IMG/VR virus record: IMGVR_UViG_3300021961_000020
Direction: 5' to 3' (one strand)
Length of the DNA: 64,000 bases
Source: a virus
Made by a program: the position numbers and the translations under genes. The stretch's first letter is position 1. Each line of letters begins with the position of its first letter. The notes below the pieces were generated by a model. The model was not told where the DNA came from and did no database searches. It saw only the letters and a list, made by a program, of their open reading frames with translations. This document shows positions 1 to 8,972 of the stretch, one piece after another.

Positions 1-1
1 T

Positions 2-478
2 ACAAGGCAACCTAAAGCTCCCGAAGCACCTGATCTACCGATACCTAAAACTCCTCCTGCTACTGCTAAGGTGGACTGTCCTACAGCAGCACAGGCAGCA
101 AAAGAACCTGTAGGAACATATCTTGAAGGGTTCAGAAAGAAAGTTACTGACTATCAGTTGATTGGTAACCAGTGTATTCAGATCACAGAAAAAGTTTCCA
201 TCCCAGAGCAGGTAATTGCTGGTCTTCCTAGTGCTGGATCTGTTGTAACAACTGGTGGTATTGCCGTGGTTGCTACAGCATCAGCACTTATGGCAAAACC
301 GCTGGCAGATGTCCTACTAAAGGTCATCAAACCAACGGTCAAGAAAGTTATGAAAAAGATTGCTACTATCAGGGGGAAAACGGTTCCACTTTTAAGCGTA
401 GCGGAGCGCCGAGATCTTCAGCGCGAACGGACGGAGGCGATTCGGGCACTGAAGAAGGTGCTGAAACCGAAGGGATAG
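2..478 (+). CDS. Conserved cyanophage hypothetical protein, 5'-truncated (frame open from window start)
   Basis: Frame is open from nt 2 (TRQPKAPEAPDLPIPK...) into the tracked 135-aa ORF; hydrophobic segment GGIAVVATASALMA; converges on the minus-strand block. Confidence 0.7.
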   Translation, partial: TRQPKAPEAPDLPIPKTPPATAKVDCPTAAQAAKEPVGTYLEGFRKKVTDYQLIGNQCIQITEKVSIPEQVIAGLPSAGSVVTTGGIAVVATASALMAKPLADVLLKVIKPTVKKVMKKIATIRGKTVPLLSVAERRDLQRERTEAIRALKKVLKPKG

Positions 479-1256
479 AATGTGCATGTGGTTTGATATA
501 ATTTACATTATGAACCACAACATCCGCACATACCTTATAATAAGGACTCTTTGGATGGAATTGAATTCCTGCCTTCATCAACTCTCCACAGTTTTTGAGT
601 CTGGCAATTTCAAAGTCGAGTCTCTTATTGGCAATCATTTGCTGCTGTAACTCTATTTGAGTTGCTGCTGCTTCTTTACATTGATCCTGTAATTTCTTGT
701 CTTGTGGGATGCTCCAGGTAGCACTTACACCTACAGAAAGATTATAGTTATCCTTCTGTCCAGTTCTGGTAGGTACAGTGTAAAGAACATTACCAGGGTT
801 GTCTAGAGACCCATCATCATTAAGGTCACGCATGTCATATACAGGATCGTTATAGTATGGTTCATAAGGTTTCTGCATTGAACCAGAACCAGTAACGAAT
901 GGAGTGATATTCAGCGTTGGTCCTTGACATTGAATTCCACCACCGTAGGTGTTGGTAATGTATGGACCTTGGAGGACTTGGATGGCTTGATTAGTGACTG
1001 AGCCAGAAGAATTAGCAACAGGGGCAGCAGTGGCGCTAACGCCACCAACAGTCTCTGCAATACTTTGGGTCGGGAATAATCCACTCAGAATTATTGCGTA
1101 AAGATAGAAGTTGTGTCTGTGACGCTTTTTATTTCTGTGGTTCTTTGAATTATTGTTTGATTGCTTAAACCAGGACCTTGATAAGTTTCTGTGAACTGAA
1201 ATGCCGCCCCTGGTGTTGTTTGTGTGAATGTTGGTTTGCTGGTTACGCCAGTCCAT
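369..1256 (-). CDS. Exported hypothetical protein (signal-peptide-like segment; start uncertain)
   Basis: Basic + hydrophobic + SIA|E segment at aa ~42-67, Cys pairs; the only ATG lies ~165 nt inside the upstream gene. Confidence 0.65.
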   Translation of the reverse strand: MDWRNQQTNIHTNNTRGGISVHRNLSRSWFKQSNNNSKNHRNKKRHRHNFYLYAIILSGLFPTQSIAETVGGVSATAAPVANSSGSVTNQAIQVLQGPYITNTYGGGIQCQGPTLNITPFVTGSGSMQKPYEPYYNDPVYDMRDLNDDGSLDNPGNVLYTVPTRTGQKDNYNLSVGVSATWSIPQDKKLQDQCKEAAATQIELQQQMIANKRLDFEIARLKNCGELMKAGIQFHPKSPYYKVCADVVVHNVNYIKPHAHSIPSVSAPSSVPESPPSVRAEDLGAPLRLKVEPFSP

Positions 1257-1525
1257 GATGATGTCACCCCATCTATAGTTACATTAGTTGCACCTGTTCC
1301 TGGCGAAAGGTTGCCGTTGACGGTAATTCCACTCCCAGTTGCAGAGTATTGATACCCTGTGTTATAGTCTATTGAATTGATAGTCTCTGTTACGGTACTA
1401 GTCGTTTCGGTGTGACTAGTCATTGATCCTTGAGTAAAGTTAGGAACAACAGGGACTGCCTGAGCAGCCCCATGTAGTGCTCCTAAGATTAATCCAAGAC
1501 CAATCGCTTCTGATAATCTAGACAT
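1091..1525 (-). CDS. Exported Thr/Ser-rich hypothetical protein
   Basis: N-terminal signal peptide (AQA|VP); shares QTTxGxAFxFxET motif with next gene. Confidence 0.7.
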   Translation of the reverse strand: MSRLSEAIGLGLILGALHGAAQAVPVVPNFTQGSMTSHTETTSTVTETINSIDYNTGYQYSATGSGITVNGNLSPGTGATNVTIDGVTSSWTGVTSKPTFTQTTPGAAFQFTETYQGPGLSNQTIIQRTTEIKSVTDTTSIFTQ

Positions 1526-1540
1526 TACTATCTATCCAAC

Positions 1541-2029
1541 TTATCTGATAGTGATTTCAGACACGAATTGTCCAGTTGCACTTGTACCAGCACCACCAGC
1601 AGTTAGCGACATAACCCCAGCAGAATCGATAGTACCAGCGAGAGAACCAGCCACGCCACCAGCAGTGGTTGTGACACTTCCAAATGCGGGTAAGGTTCCA
1701 ACCACACCGCTACTAACGGTCGTTCCTGTTGGGATTGCGTCTCCGCCGTTGAATGTCTCGCTAAACGAAAATGCACTACCTGCTGTTGTCTGAGTGTATG
1801 TGCCAGCATTCATGGTCGCCGCATCAGTTGCCGAAGCAGGAGCAGTAAGACCGCCAAGAGTAGCAGATACATTAGAACCACTCACAGAATAGGATGAACC
1901 AAGACGAGTTGCCTGAGAGGCAGCAGCATCAACAGTCAGTTGAACACTAGTTGAATGTTTAGTAATAAGATCGGCATGTGCAGGTGCCGCCATCAGTAAC
2001 ATACCAAAAAGCAATACTGCTTTTTTCAT
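1541..2029 (-). CDS. Exported Thr/Ser/Gly-rich hypothetical protein
   Basis: Classic signal peptide MKKAVLLFGMLLMAAPAHA|D; QTTAGSAFSFSET motif. Confidence 0.7.
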   Translation of the reverse strand: MKKAVLLFGMLLMAAPAHADLITKHSTSVQLTVDAAASQATRLGSSYSVSGSNVSATLGGLTAPASATDAATMNAGTYTQTTAGSAFSFSETFNGGDAIPTGTTVSSGVVGTLPAFGSVTTTAGGVAGSLAGTIDSAGVMSLTAGGAGTSATGQFVSEITIR

Positions 2030-2054
2030 CTATCACCAAAATGTCGGGATATAG

Positions 2055-2891
2055 CTATTTAGATTCTTCAACATCTTCCAATTTTTCTACTTTTCTAGTT
2101 GGTAAAGTATAATCATAATAAAAATATTGTCTTCCATGTCTAGGAACACTCGTCTTCCAACCATCAATATGAACAAAACCACTCTCACTAGATGTTGGAA
2201 ATTCTTCAATTACAGAATCATCTTCACCATCCCATTCCCATGGAGTGCAAGAATCTACAGTCAAAATAGGAATATTAGAACTCCATGCAGACATTCTTAA
2301 GAATGCATCATGCCACCTATCGAAAATTTCAAATGCGATAGGATCCTGATCTTTTCTACCATTTGTTGCATGAAATAGTAAATCTATGTATCCGATGTTT
2401 TGATATTGAGTTGTAATTGGAGCGTACTTTGATTCTTGCCATCCCCACAGATCATTGCAAATTAAACCTCCAGCAAATCCTTCATCACCAAAATCGAACA
2501 TACTTAAAGTTTGCCATTCATGTCTACCTAAAGCAGACTCTCCACTCACAACCATAGTTTTTTTGGTTGCTGCACGAAACCAACCTTCATCATCGTAATG
2601 CCTGATTTGATTTCTAAAAACATCACCATAAACTTCTTCCTCTTGAAACATTGTCCCAAGATGCAACCAAATTTTTGCGTCTTTTTGATGCGATTCAACC
2701 TCTTTTAACGCTTCTTTAACCTCATCAATTTTAGTTTCCCATCCCAACCATCCAGATAATGAACCTTCTGGAGTTAATAGATGTTGAACTTCATTTTCCT
2801 TCGCCCAATCAATTGCTTTTAAAATTTCCTGTTTATTTTTTTGAATATTTGTGCTTACAGGAATTTGGGCACCAGCAACTCTGATAGACAT
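2055..2891 (-). CDS. Carbon-nitrogen hydrolase (nitrilase superfamily)
   Basis: N-terminal IRVAGAQ, TPEG (catalytic Glu), a Lys in ATKK, GLICND (catalytic Cys). Confidence 0.8.
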   Translation of the reverse strand: MSIRVAGAQIPVSTNIQKNKQEILKAIDWAKENEVQHLLTPEGSLSGWLGWETKIDEVKEALKEVESHQKDAKIWLHLGTMFQEEEVYGDVFRNQIRHYDDEGWFRAATKKTMVVSGESALGRHEWQTLSMFDFGDEGFAGGLICNDLWGWQESKYAPITTQYQNIGYIDLLFHATNGRKDQDPIAFEIFDRWHDAFLRMSAWSSNIPILTVDSCTPWEWDGEDDSVIEEFPTSSESGFVHIDGWKTSVPRHGRQYFYYDYTLPTRKVEKLEDVEESK

Positions 2892-2914
2892 AAAATTAAA
2901 CTTGATAATTAAAA

Positions 2915-2998
2915 TAGGAACGGGGGGACTTGAACCCCCACGACTATATAGTCAGCAGATTTTAAGTCTGATGTGTCTACCAATTCCACCACGCTCCC
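2915..2998 (-). tRNA. trnL: tRNA-Leu(TAA)
   Basis: Reverse complement GGGAGCGTGGTGGAATTGGTAGACAC...CTTAAAA...GGTTCAAGTCC...TTCCTA; long variable arm, anticodon TAA, no encoded CCA. Confidence 0.93.
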
Positions 2999-3008
2999 AT
3001 AAAAAGTC

Positions 3009-3572
3009 TTAAATTGAATTAAGACTCATATTAAATGCCAATGTTTTTCTAATTGTTTTTGACTTATGCATTCCAACTCCATGAAAGAGATGTGAAGGAA
3101 AAATAATTAAGTCTCCGCTACTAATGTTTGGAAAAAAAGTATCAGACATTTCATTAAGGAATATATCTCTTACCCAAATATCAGAAAAATCATTACTATG
3201 TCTATCTAAGAAATAAAATTTGGCAAAATCTATTCCAGAGTTCATAAAAAACACACACGATAAATCACTATCTCCGTGTTGATGGACTTCTTGGAATGAC
3301 CCATAAGTGTATGAAGATATCCAAGGTCTACCCTGAAACTGAAAACATAACTTACGGTTTATGTCGTCACCAAACTGTTTTAGGCAAGGTTCAATAAATG
3401 GAATAATAAAATTATAATCGTCGATATACTTAACATCAACATTACAATTAGTATTCCAACCACAATCACTGTCAAAATTATCCAAATTAGCATCAATAGT
3501 TGATACTAATTTCTCATAGTCTTTGACTTTGTATTGACCGTAAAATGGGTTAAAGAATAAACTGTTAATCAC
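3009..3572 (-). CDS. 2OG-Fe(II) oxygenase-like protein (TIGR02466 type)
   Basis: WISSY..G.FQEVHQH, LSCVFF, GDLIIFPSHLFHGV. Confidence 0.8.
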   Translation of the reverse strand: MINSLFFNPFYGQYKVKDYEKLVSTIDANLDNFDSDCGWNTNCNVDVKYIDDYNFIIPFIEPCLKQFGDDINRKLCFQFQGRPWISSYTYGSFQEVHQHGDSDLSCVFFMNSGIDFAKFYFLDRHSNDFSDIWVRDIFLNEMSDTFFPNISSGDLIIFPSHLFHGVGMHKSKTIRKTLAFNMSLNSI

Positions 3573-3752
3573 TCAGGGTCCTTCATTATGTTCGGTATAC
3601 AATCTTACTAGTTCTTCATCATACGGCATCATAACTGCCGTATTTTCTCCATTGGTGATTGCAATGTGCTCACCATTTTCGACTCTGGACATCAAATTGT
3701 CAAAGTCATCCTGAAACTCTTTAACTGTGTAAAGTGCGTTAGGCGTTTCCAT
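3573..3752 (-). CDS. Small Phd/YefM-antitoxin-like protein (59 aa, not in ORF track)
   Basis: Hand-translated METPNALYTVKEFQDDFDNLMSRVENGEHIAITNGENTAVMMPYDEELVRLYTEHNEGP; Phd-type pattern (F..L..RVE.GE.I.IT.....AV..P). Confidence 0.6.
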   Translation of the reverse strand: METPNALYTVKEFQDDFDNLMSRVENGEHIAITNGENTAVMMPYDEELVRLYTEHNEGP

Positions 3753-3939
3753 ATTCAGTCAATGCTAGATCAGCATAAATGATTTCTTTTTCGTTGAGAG
3801 TTGCCTTGACAAATTCTAGCATGCCAAGGAACTCCTTATATGTATCACACTCAGCAACCTTTTCATTACCTAAATTGGATACGCAAAGAATTGTCCGTGT
3901 ACAGACATCAACAACGACGCCTTCAATGTACTCATCCAT
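3739..3939 (-). CDS. Hypothetical protein
   Basis: 66-aa ORF tightly packed in the operon. Confidence 0.65.
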   Translation of the reverse strand: MDEYIEGVVVDVCTRTILCVSNLGNEKVAECDTYKEFLGMLEFVKATLNEKEIIYADLALTEYGNA

Positions 3940-3974
3940 GTGAGAAGTTTTGATTACCCCAGTATTCTAGCAGG

Positions 3975-4727
3975 TCAGGGCTGGAATGTAAAGTTGGTGG
4001 GGTCACCTGGGTAATCGTCCAGTGTCTCACCCTCGTATTCTACCACCATTTCACCCGAACGAGCAACAGTGACAGTATAAAATGTTTTAATTTCTCCATC
4101 AGAGGCAACAATGATTTCATCCTCACTGATACTCTCAACATACAGTGTAGGATCAGGTTTACCGAATGGAGTTAGATCAACAGTAATAGAATCATAATCA
4201 ACCAATCCTTTCCAATAATCAGGTAACTTAATAGTATTATCTGTCTCTAATTTTCCTCTGATGTAAATTGCTGCCTCAGGACCCTCAACACAAACATGTC
4301 TGAGTCTCCATCCTTCTTTGTTCGGATGTTTGATATCAAAACTCTTCCATGCTTGAGTGTTGATCGTTCCTTGAAAGTTTCCATAGAAAGTACCAGATGA
4401 AGTCACATCACTGAAGAATGTGGCATCAAATCCATCTAAACTACCAGTAACCTTTACATCAGTATAAAAAGTTCCTTTCTTTAAAACATGAAGTTCATCA
4501 TCTGTTCTGATCTCACCTTCTGCTTTTACTTTACCACCAAGTTGAGTTAGTCTATTTCTTTTAATCTCAACATCACCAGTAATCTCAGTATTACCTTCCT
4601 GCTCTACCTTACCAATAATGGTAGCACCATCTTGAAAATCAGTGCTCTCACTAAAAGAACATGGCAGTCCAAATCCATTTCCACTTCTACCATCTCTAAG
4701 TTTAATTGTTGTTGCGTTTAAAGTCAT
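3975..4727 (-). CDS. Baseplate/tail-associated structural protein (gp5 locus)
   Basis: Beta-rich N-half; C-terminal KSFDIKHP...LRHVCVEGPE...LPDYW domain typical of cyanophage fibre/spike C-termini; directly downstream of gp5. Confidence 0.6.
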   Translation of the reverse strand: MTLNATTIKLRDGRSGNGFGLPCSFSESTDFQDGATIIGKVEQEGNTEITGDVEIKRNRLTQLGGKVKAEGEIRTDDELHVLKKGTFYTDVKVTGSLDGFDATFFSDVTSSGTFYGNFQGTINTQAWKSFDIKHPNKEGWRLRHVCVEGPEAAIYIRGKLETDNTIKLPDYWKGLVDYDSITVDLTPFGKPDPTLYVESISEDEIIVASDGEIKTFYTVTVARSGEMVVEYEGETLDDYPGDPTNFTFQP

Positions 4728-5362
4728 TTTGTCCCTCCAAGACCAGTAGCAGAAATAACACTGTTTGCAACATTACCAGCGGCATCGCCAGCAACAGCAC
4801 CGACAACACCTGCTGCAAGACCAAGAATAGACGGAGAACTAAATGGACCTAACGCTGCTTCAACTAAGTCACCAGGAACATAAGAACCTGCAAACATTTT
4901 CATACCAAAAGTGTTAGGAACACCGTTTCCTCTCTTACCCTCAATACCTACAGTATTTGCTTTGAGTTGAATTCTAGCACCACCAGTAATATTAACATTG
5001 CGTCCAGCACTTATGTCAATATCTTGCTCTGCATTGAGCATGATGTTCTTAGCTTGGACTCTGACTCTACCACGATCAGCATTGATAACAATGTCACCAT
5101 TAGCAACACTAATTCTAATGTCAGCAACATTAGGTTGGTTCTTATCACCAGCACGAACTTCTAGTGTCTTATCTGCTGCAATCCTTGATAGTCCACCTTG
5201 AGTGTGTGCAATGATAAAACAGTCACCGTCATCACTTTCGGCAAAGACCTTATAAACTTCGGCACCAGCAAGACCCTCCGCTGGGTTGCCACTATCAATT
5301 CTGAAGTGAGCACCTCTAGAGTCAATGACTCTTCTTTTATAATTTTTTGGTTTACTTGCCAT
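4724..5362 (-). CDS. gp5 spike-like beta-helical structural protein
   Basis: Repetitive beta-helix-like segment (DIVINADRGRVRVQAKNIMLNAEQDIDISAGRNVNITG); coupled to gp5. Confidence 0.55.
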   Translation of the reverse strand: MASKPKNYKRRVIDSRGAHFRIDSGNPAEGLAGAEVYKVFAESDDGDCFIIAHTQGGLSRIAADKTLEVRAGDKNQPNVADIRISVANGDIVINADRGRVRVQAKNIMLNAEQDIDISAGRNVNITGGARIQLKANTVGIEGKRGNGVPNTFGMKMFAGSYVPGDLVEAALGPFSSPSILGLAAGVVGAVAGDAAGNVANSVISATGLGGTK

Positions 5363-7455
5363 TATACGCAGTCGATAGAAGAGACAATTCCAACTTGACG
5401 ATCTGTAGGTAGGATGCCAAAGACAGGTTTGAGAATGGCACCAAATCCAGTATCACTTTCGACTCTGAGATCTGGTAAAGTCTCGTCGAATCTCAAGATA
5501 TTTAGAACCTTAACCTCAGTGATTCCTCCATTGTCATCAACTCTGATGTCAAAGATCGGACTTGTTCCGATACCAGCACCAACGAGAGTAACTCCTTCTG
5601 GAGCAGGAGTGAATACATTTCCAGAGGGAGAAACTCCAGGAATCACAACTCTGTCAGTCTGTTGATATCCAGATCCAGGATTTACTACAACAACCTGAGT
5701 CAGTCCACTATTCGCTGCGTTTTCATTTTCAATAGCAGGATAATTTTCACCAGTTGTTGTCATCACGATTGCAACTACTTGATCACCATTTTCTCCACCG
5801 AGAATTGCTTTAGCATTAGCACCGTATCCAAGACCACACTTATCTCGGAAATTGACCATGGGAGGATATCTATATCCAGATCCAAAGTTTGTCATTTCAA
5901 CACCGATGATGCTACCAGTCCTCTCTACACCGCCGACGATATCTCCAAGAGTAGTTCCACTACCAGAGTCAGCAGCGTCGAGGAAGTACCCCATGATTAC
6001 TTTAGCAGCAGCACCTGCTCCTCCACCACCAAAGATCTCAACATAAGGTCCAGTGCAATTCTCAGGGGGACCAGCATAACAACCGCCAGGAATGACCGAG
6101 GAAGACCCGCTAAGGAGACTTCCATCACCAAAGATGTCCCAGCTACCATATTCTTTTTCAAAGTCATTGGCGAGGTTTGCAGCACCCCTAGAGAAGTTCA
6201 TGGCATTCATGACATACTCAAAGGGATCTTCACCTTTCTCTTTGCTATTTCCGCCTACAGTATACTCTTTGTCTTGAGGACACTTGCCATCGTTAGACTG
6301 ATTGCAATCAAGGAAAGAAGCAATGCTATTGATATTATCAGCAGCACTCAACAGGAAGTCAGTGATATTGAGTACAGGGTCAAGAATTTTAGAGATTCCT
6401 TGCAGAGGTCCACTTATTGCATCGACTAATTGGTCGATGATCTTATTCATGAATGCGCCAACAAACTGAGCACCTAAGCAACCAGCAAAGTTCTTTCCCG
6501 TATCAACCAAATCTCTCAGGAGTCCTTCGATGATTCCAAACAGACCCTCAACTACAGCATTAGCGATACAACCGATTGCTTCTTGTACTGTATAAGTAGG
6601 TGCCAGCATTGATGCTTGAACTGCCACTCCTGCTTTATGTGCAGCAACTGAAGATCCCGTCGATGCAAATACTGCGGCATATGCTGCCTTATATAACTTA
6701 TCTAAACCTTTCTGTCCTTCCTTTTCAATCTTATCAAATAACTTCTCAATCAGAGTTCCTACAAACTGATTCGCAGAAGTTTTGAGGATATCTGCCGTTG
6801 CTCTGATTTCATTTTCTAAGTTTTGTCCAGCGAGAGCAAACTTTTGAACTCTATTGAGAAACTTCTCAATCTCAGTCGTCATCCTGCTGATAGGATTTTT
6901 CTTACATGTATCAGCAGTTTGTACACTTTCACCACACCCTGCTGTATCGCATGTTTTGCCTGTTGTGCCTGCAGTAGGTTGACAAGTTTTGTTCTGCTCA
7001 CAACTCTCGCTTACAAATCCATTAATCGGTTTAGGAGTTACATCAGAATAAGAAGTACCAGGATTAAATGCTGCAGGTTCTCCTTTTCTATTAACTAACT
7101 GAGTTCTGGGAAATACTCCAGTGATTAAAGGAACTTGTTGGGCATCACCATCAAGAAAGAAACCGAATACAATATCACCCTGCTGAATAACAGAAGATGT
7201 AGCATATTGTGCTCCTCCAGATCCAGCAGTTACTGGTAACAATAAATTTGCCCACGGCAATTCTTCATCGGGAAGATCCCCGACATTGAAAGGATGGTGT
7301 CCAGCGATTCTTACCTTACATCTATTCCCAACACCTTTTCCTTCTGATACTTGTTCAGCTTGGGATGCGTTGCTGGGCACTTGTGCGCAGAACCACTGGA
7401 ATCCATCTTTTCCAGCAAAATGACTGTTACCGATTAAAGATTCGATTCCTGCCAT
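5362..7455 (-). CDS. gp5: Baseplate hub protein gp5 (OB-fold N-terminus)
   Basis: GNRCKVRIAGHH...LPWA...GDIVFGFFLDGDAQQVPLITG gp5 N-terminal signature. Confidence 0.85.
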   Translation of the reverse strand: MAGIESLIGNSHFAGKDGFQWFCAQVPSNASQAEQVSEGKGVGNRCKVRIAGHHPFNVGDLPDEELPWANLLLPVTAGSGGAQYATSSVIQQGDIVFGFFLDGDAQQVPLITGVFPRTQLVNRKGEPAAFNPGTSYSDVTPKPINGFVSESCEQNKTCQPTAGTTGKTCDTAGCGESVQTADTCKKNPISRMTTEIEKFLNRVQKFALAGQNLENEIRATADILKTSANQFVGTLIEKLFDKIEKEGQKGLDKLYKAAYAAVFASTGSSVAAHKAGVAVQASMLAPTYTVQEAIGCIANAVVEGLFGIIEGLLRDLVDTGKNFAGCLGAQFVGAFMNKIIDQLVDAISGPLQGISKILDPVLNITDFLLSAADNINSIASFLDCNQSNDGKCPQDKEYTVGGNSKEKGEDPFEYVMNAMNFSRGAANLANDFEKEYGSWDIFGDGSLLSGSSSVIPGGCYAGPPENCTGPYVEIFGGGGAGAAAKVIMGYFLDAADSGSGTTLGDIVGGVERTGSIIGVEMTNFGSGYRYPPMVNFRDKCGLGYGANAKAILGGENGDQVVAIVMTTTGENYPAIENENAANSGLTQVVVVNPGSGYQQTDRVVIPGVSPSGNVFTPAPEGVTLVGAGIGTSPIFDIRVDDNGGITEVKVLNILRFDETLPDLRVESDTGFGAILKPVFGILPTDRQVGIVSSIDCV

Positions 7456-7667
7456 CAGTCGTCGTAAACTCTACACTCAAGAGCATTAGGGTTAGCATCA
7501 CAATAAAGTTCTAGAGGAGTGGGATCGTGACTTTCGCCAGGATGATTTTCCTTATATGCCTCTAAATCATGCAATTCTCCTTCTACATGTCTCCTTTGTT
7601 GAGGAGATGTTGTGGGATCTTCGAGGATCTTTTTGTCTTGCTCAATGTGAGCGTCGATGTTTTCCAT
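7455..7667 (-). CDS. cp12: CP12 Calvin-cycle inhibitor (AMG)
   Basis: C-terminal PLELYCDANPNALECRVYDD CP12 motif. Confidence 0.92.
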   Translation of the reverse strand: MENIDAHIEQDKKILEDPTTSPQQRRHVEGELHDLEAYKENHPGESHDPTPLELYCDANPNALECRVYDD

Positions 7668-8972
7668 TTACTTCTGTCCTGTAGTTCCAAGAGAATCTCT
7701 CACCACTCTCAATCCCGTGTATGATGTAGTAGGTCCAAAAATGTGAGTGATTTCCTTTATAATATATAGACCACTCTGCTCAGTGTCAATATCAGGTTCT
7801 TCGGAAGTATTATCTGGAATTTCAATATAAATGGGTTCTCCAGCAAGTAAACCAGTATTGCATGGAATAAGGAGAGTATAATCCTGAGAGAAGAACCTAC
7901 TATAGTCCGATAATGCCTGTGCCTCACTATTCAAAGGATCCCAGTTAAGAGCAGTTGAGACTCCAGCAAAGGCAGTTCCTGCATCTAGAATACCAAAGGT
8001 AATCCTAGAAGCAAACATTGTGTTGGGAATATTATATGGATCAGCAACCAATGGTGCTTTTTCTGCCTTTCCAAGTCTAATTTCTTTTGGATTTTTAAAA
8101 ACAGATATATTTGGTTGAGTAAACTCAAAAGTAAATGGATTGAAATAGATTCTGTAGATAGAATCCTCACCCTTACCTAGAGAATCAGACAAGTCTCCAG
8201 TTGAATTTGCTTTGATATCTAAAATCTTGTACGCATTAATCAATGGATCTTCAATAGAAGAATCCATGAGTTGACTATAGACATATTTTTTCTTCTGTAT
8301 TGTCTTTTTGTTATCTACAGCACTCTTGATTAATCCATGCATAGATCTAAAGTTAAATCCCTCTCTTGTCTGCCAAAAGAAGAATCCAGCAGACTTACTC
8401 TTTGCACCTACGGGAACACCTTTTTTGCAAAGTTGAGTAATAATCCTGAAAGGTTTCCGCATGTTACCATAAACAGTACACGGAGATTCACACTCTTCAA
8501 TCTCATTAATTGCAAGAGGATCTAAAATCCTGATCATTTGATCGACAACCTTATTGATTGTCATTCCAGTGTATTTTCTAGCGACTCTGACTTGATCGTT
8601 TGTGAGTTGTTCTCTAGATACCAATGAAAGTCTAAAGGACTCAAATTGTTTATCCATAACGATGTCCTTTACATCATTCACATATAGAACATATTCAAGA
8701 GTTGCTTCCTTATCAAGAGCATCATCTAACGGAGTTTTAATCTTAAAGTGAACTCTCTCACCCTTTCTAATCGGGAGTCCATTATAAAATCCTTTTCCAT
8801 CTTTGATATTACCCGTATTCGCAATATCCAGAACTGCACTTACACACGGAGAATGGAGATCTTCAAAATATTGAAAATTGATAATATAACCCAGCAAGGA
8901 AAGTTTGGTGCTTCCATCCTTGGAGTAGATATCAAAAAGTTCGTATTTTGAAGCGCCTGTTACTTCTGCCAT
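7668..8972 (-). CDS. Baseplate hub/tail protein (gp27/late-control-D-like)
   Basis: FQYFEDLHSP..., FFFWQTREGFNFRS, SGLYIIKEITH motifs; position in the baseplate module. Confidence 0.6.
   Translation of the reverse strand: MAEVTGASKYELFDIYSKDGSTKLSLLGYIINFQYFEDLHSPCVSAVLDIANTGNIKDGKGFYNGLPIRKGERVHFKIKTPLDDALDKEATLEYVLYVNDVKDIVMDKQFESFRLSLVSREQLTNDQVRVARKYTGMTINKVVDQMIRILDPLAINEIEECESPCTVYGNMRKPFRIITQLCKKGVPVGAKSKSAGFFFWQTREGFNFRSMHGLIKSAVDNKKTIQKKKYVYSQLMDSSIEDPLINAYKILDIKANSTGDLSDSLGKGEDSIYRIYFNPFTFEFTQPNISVFKNPKEIRLGKAEKAPLVADPYNIPNTMFASRITFGILDAGTAFAGVSTALNWDPLNSEAQALSDYSRFFSQDYTLLIPCNTGLLAGEPIYIEIPDNTSEEPDIDTEQSGLYIIKEITHIFGPTTSYTGLRVVRDSLGTTGQK

Noticed and set aside
7455-7667. cp12 located inside the baseplate module
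   Set aside because: Looks odd but is a familiar position in cyanomyoviruses; not novel
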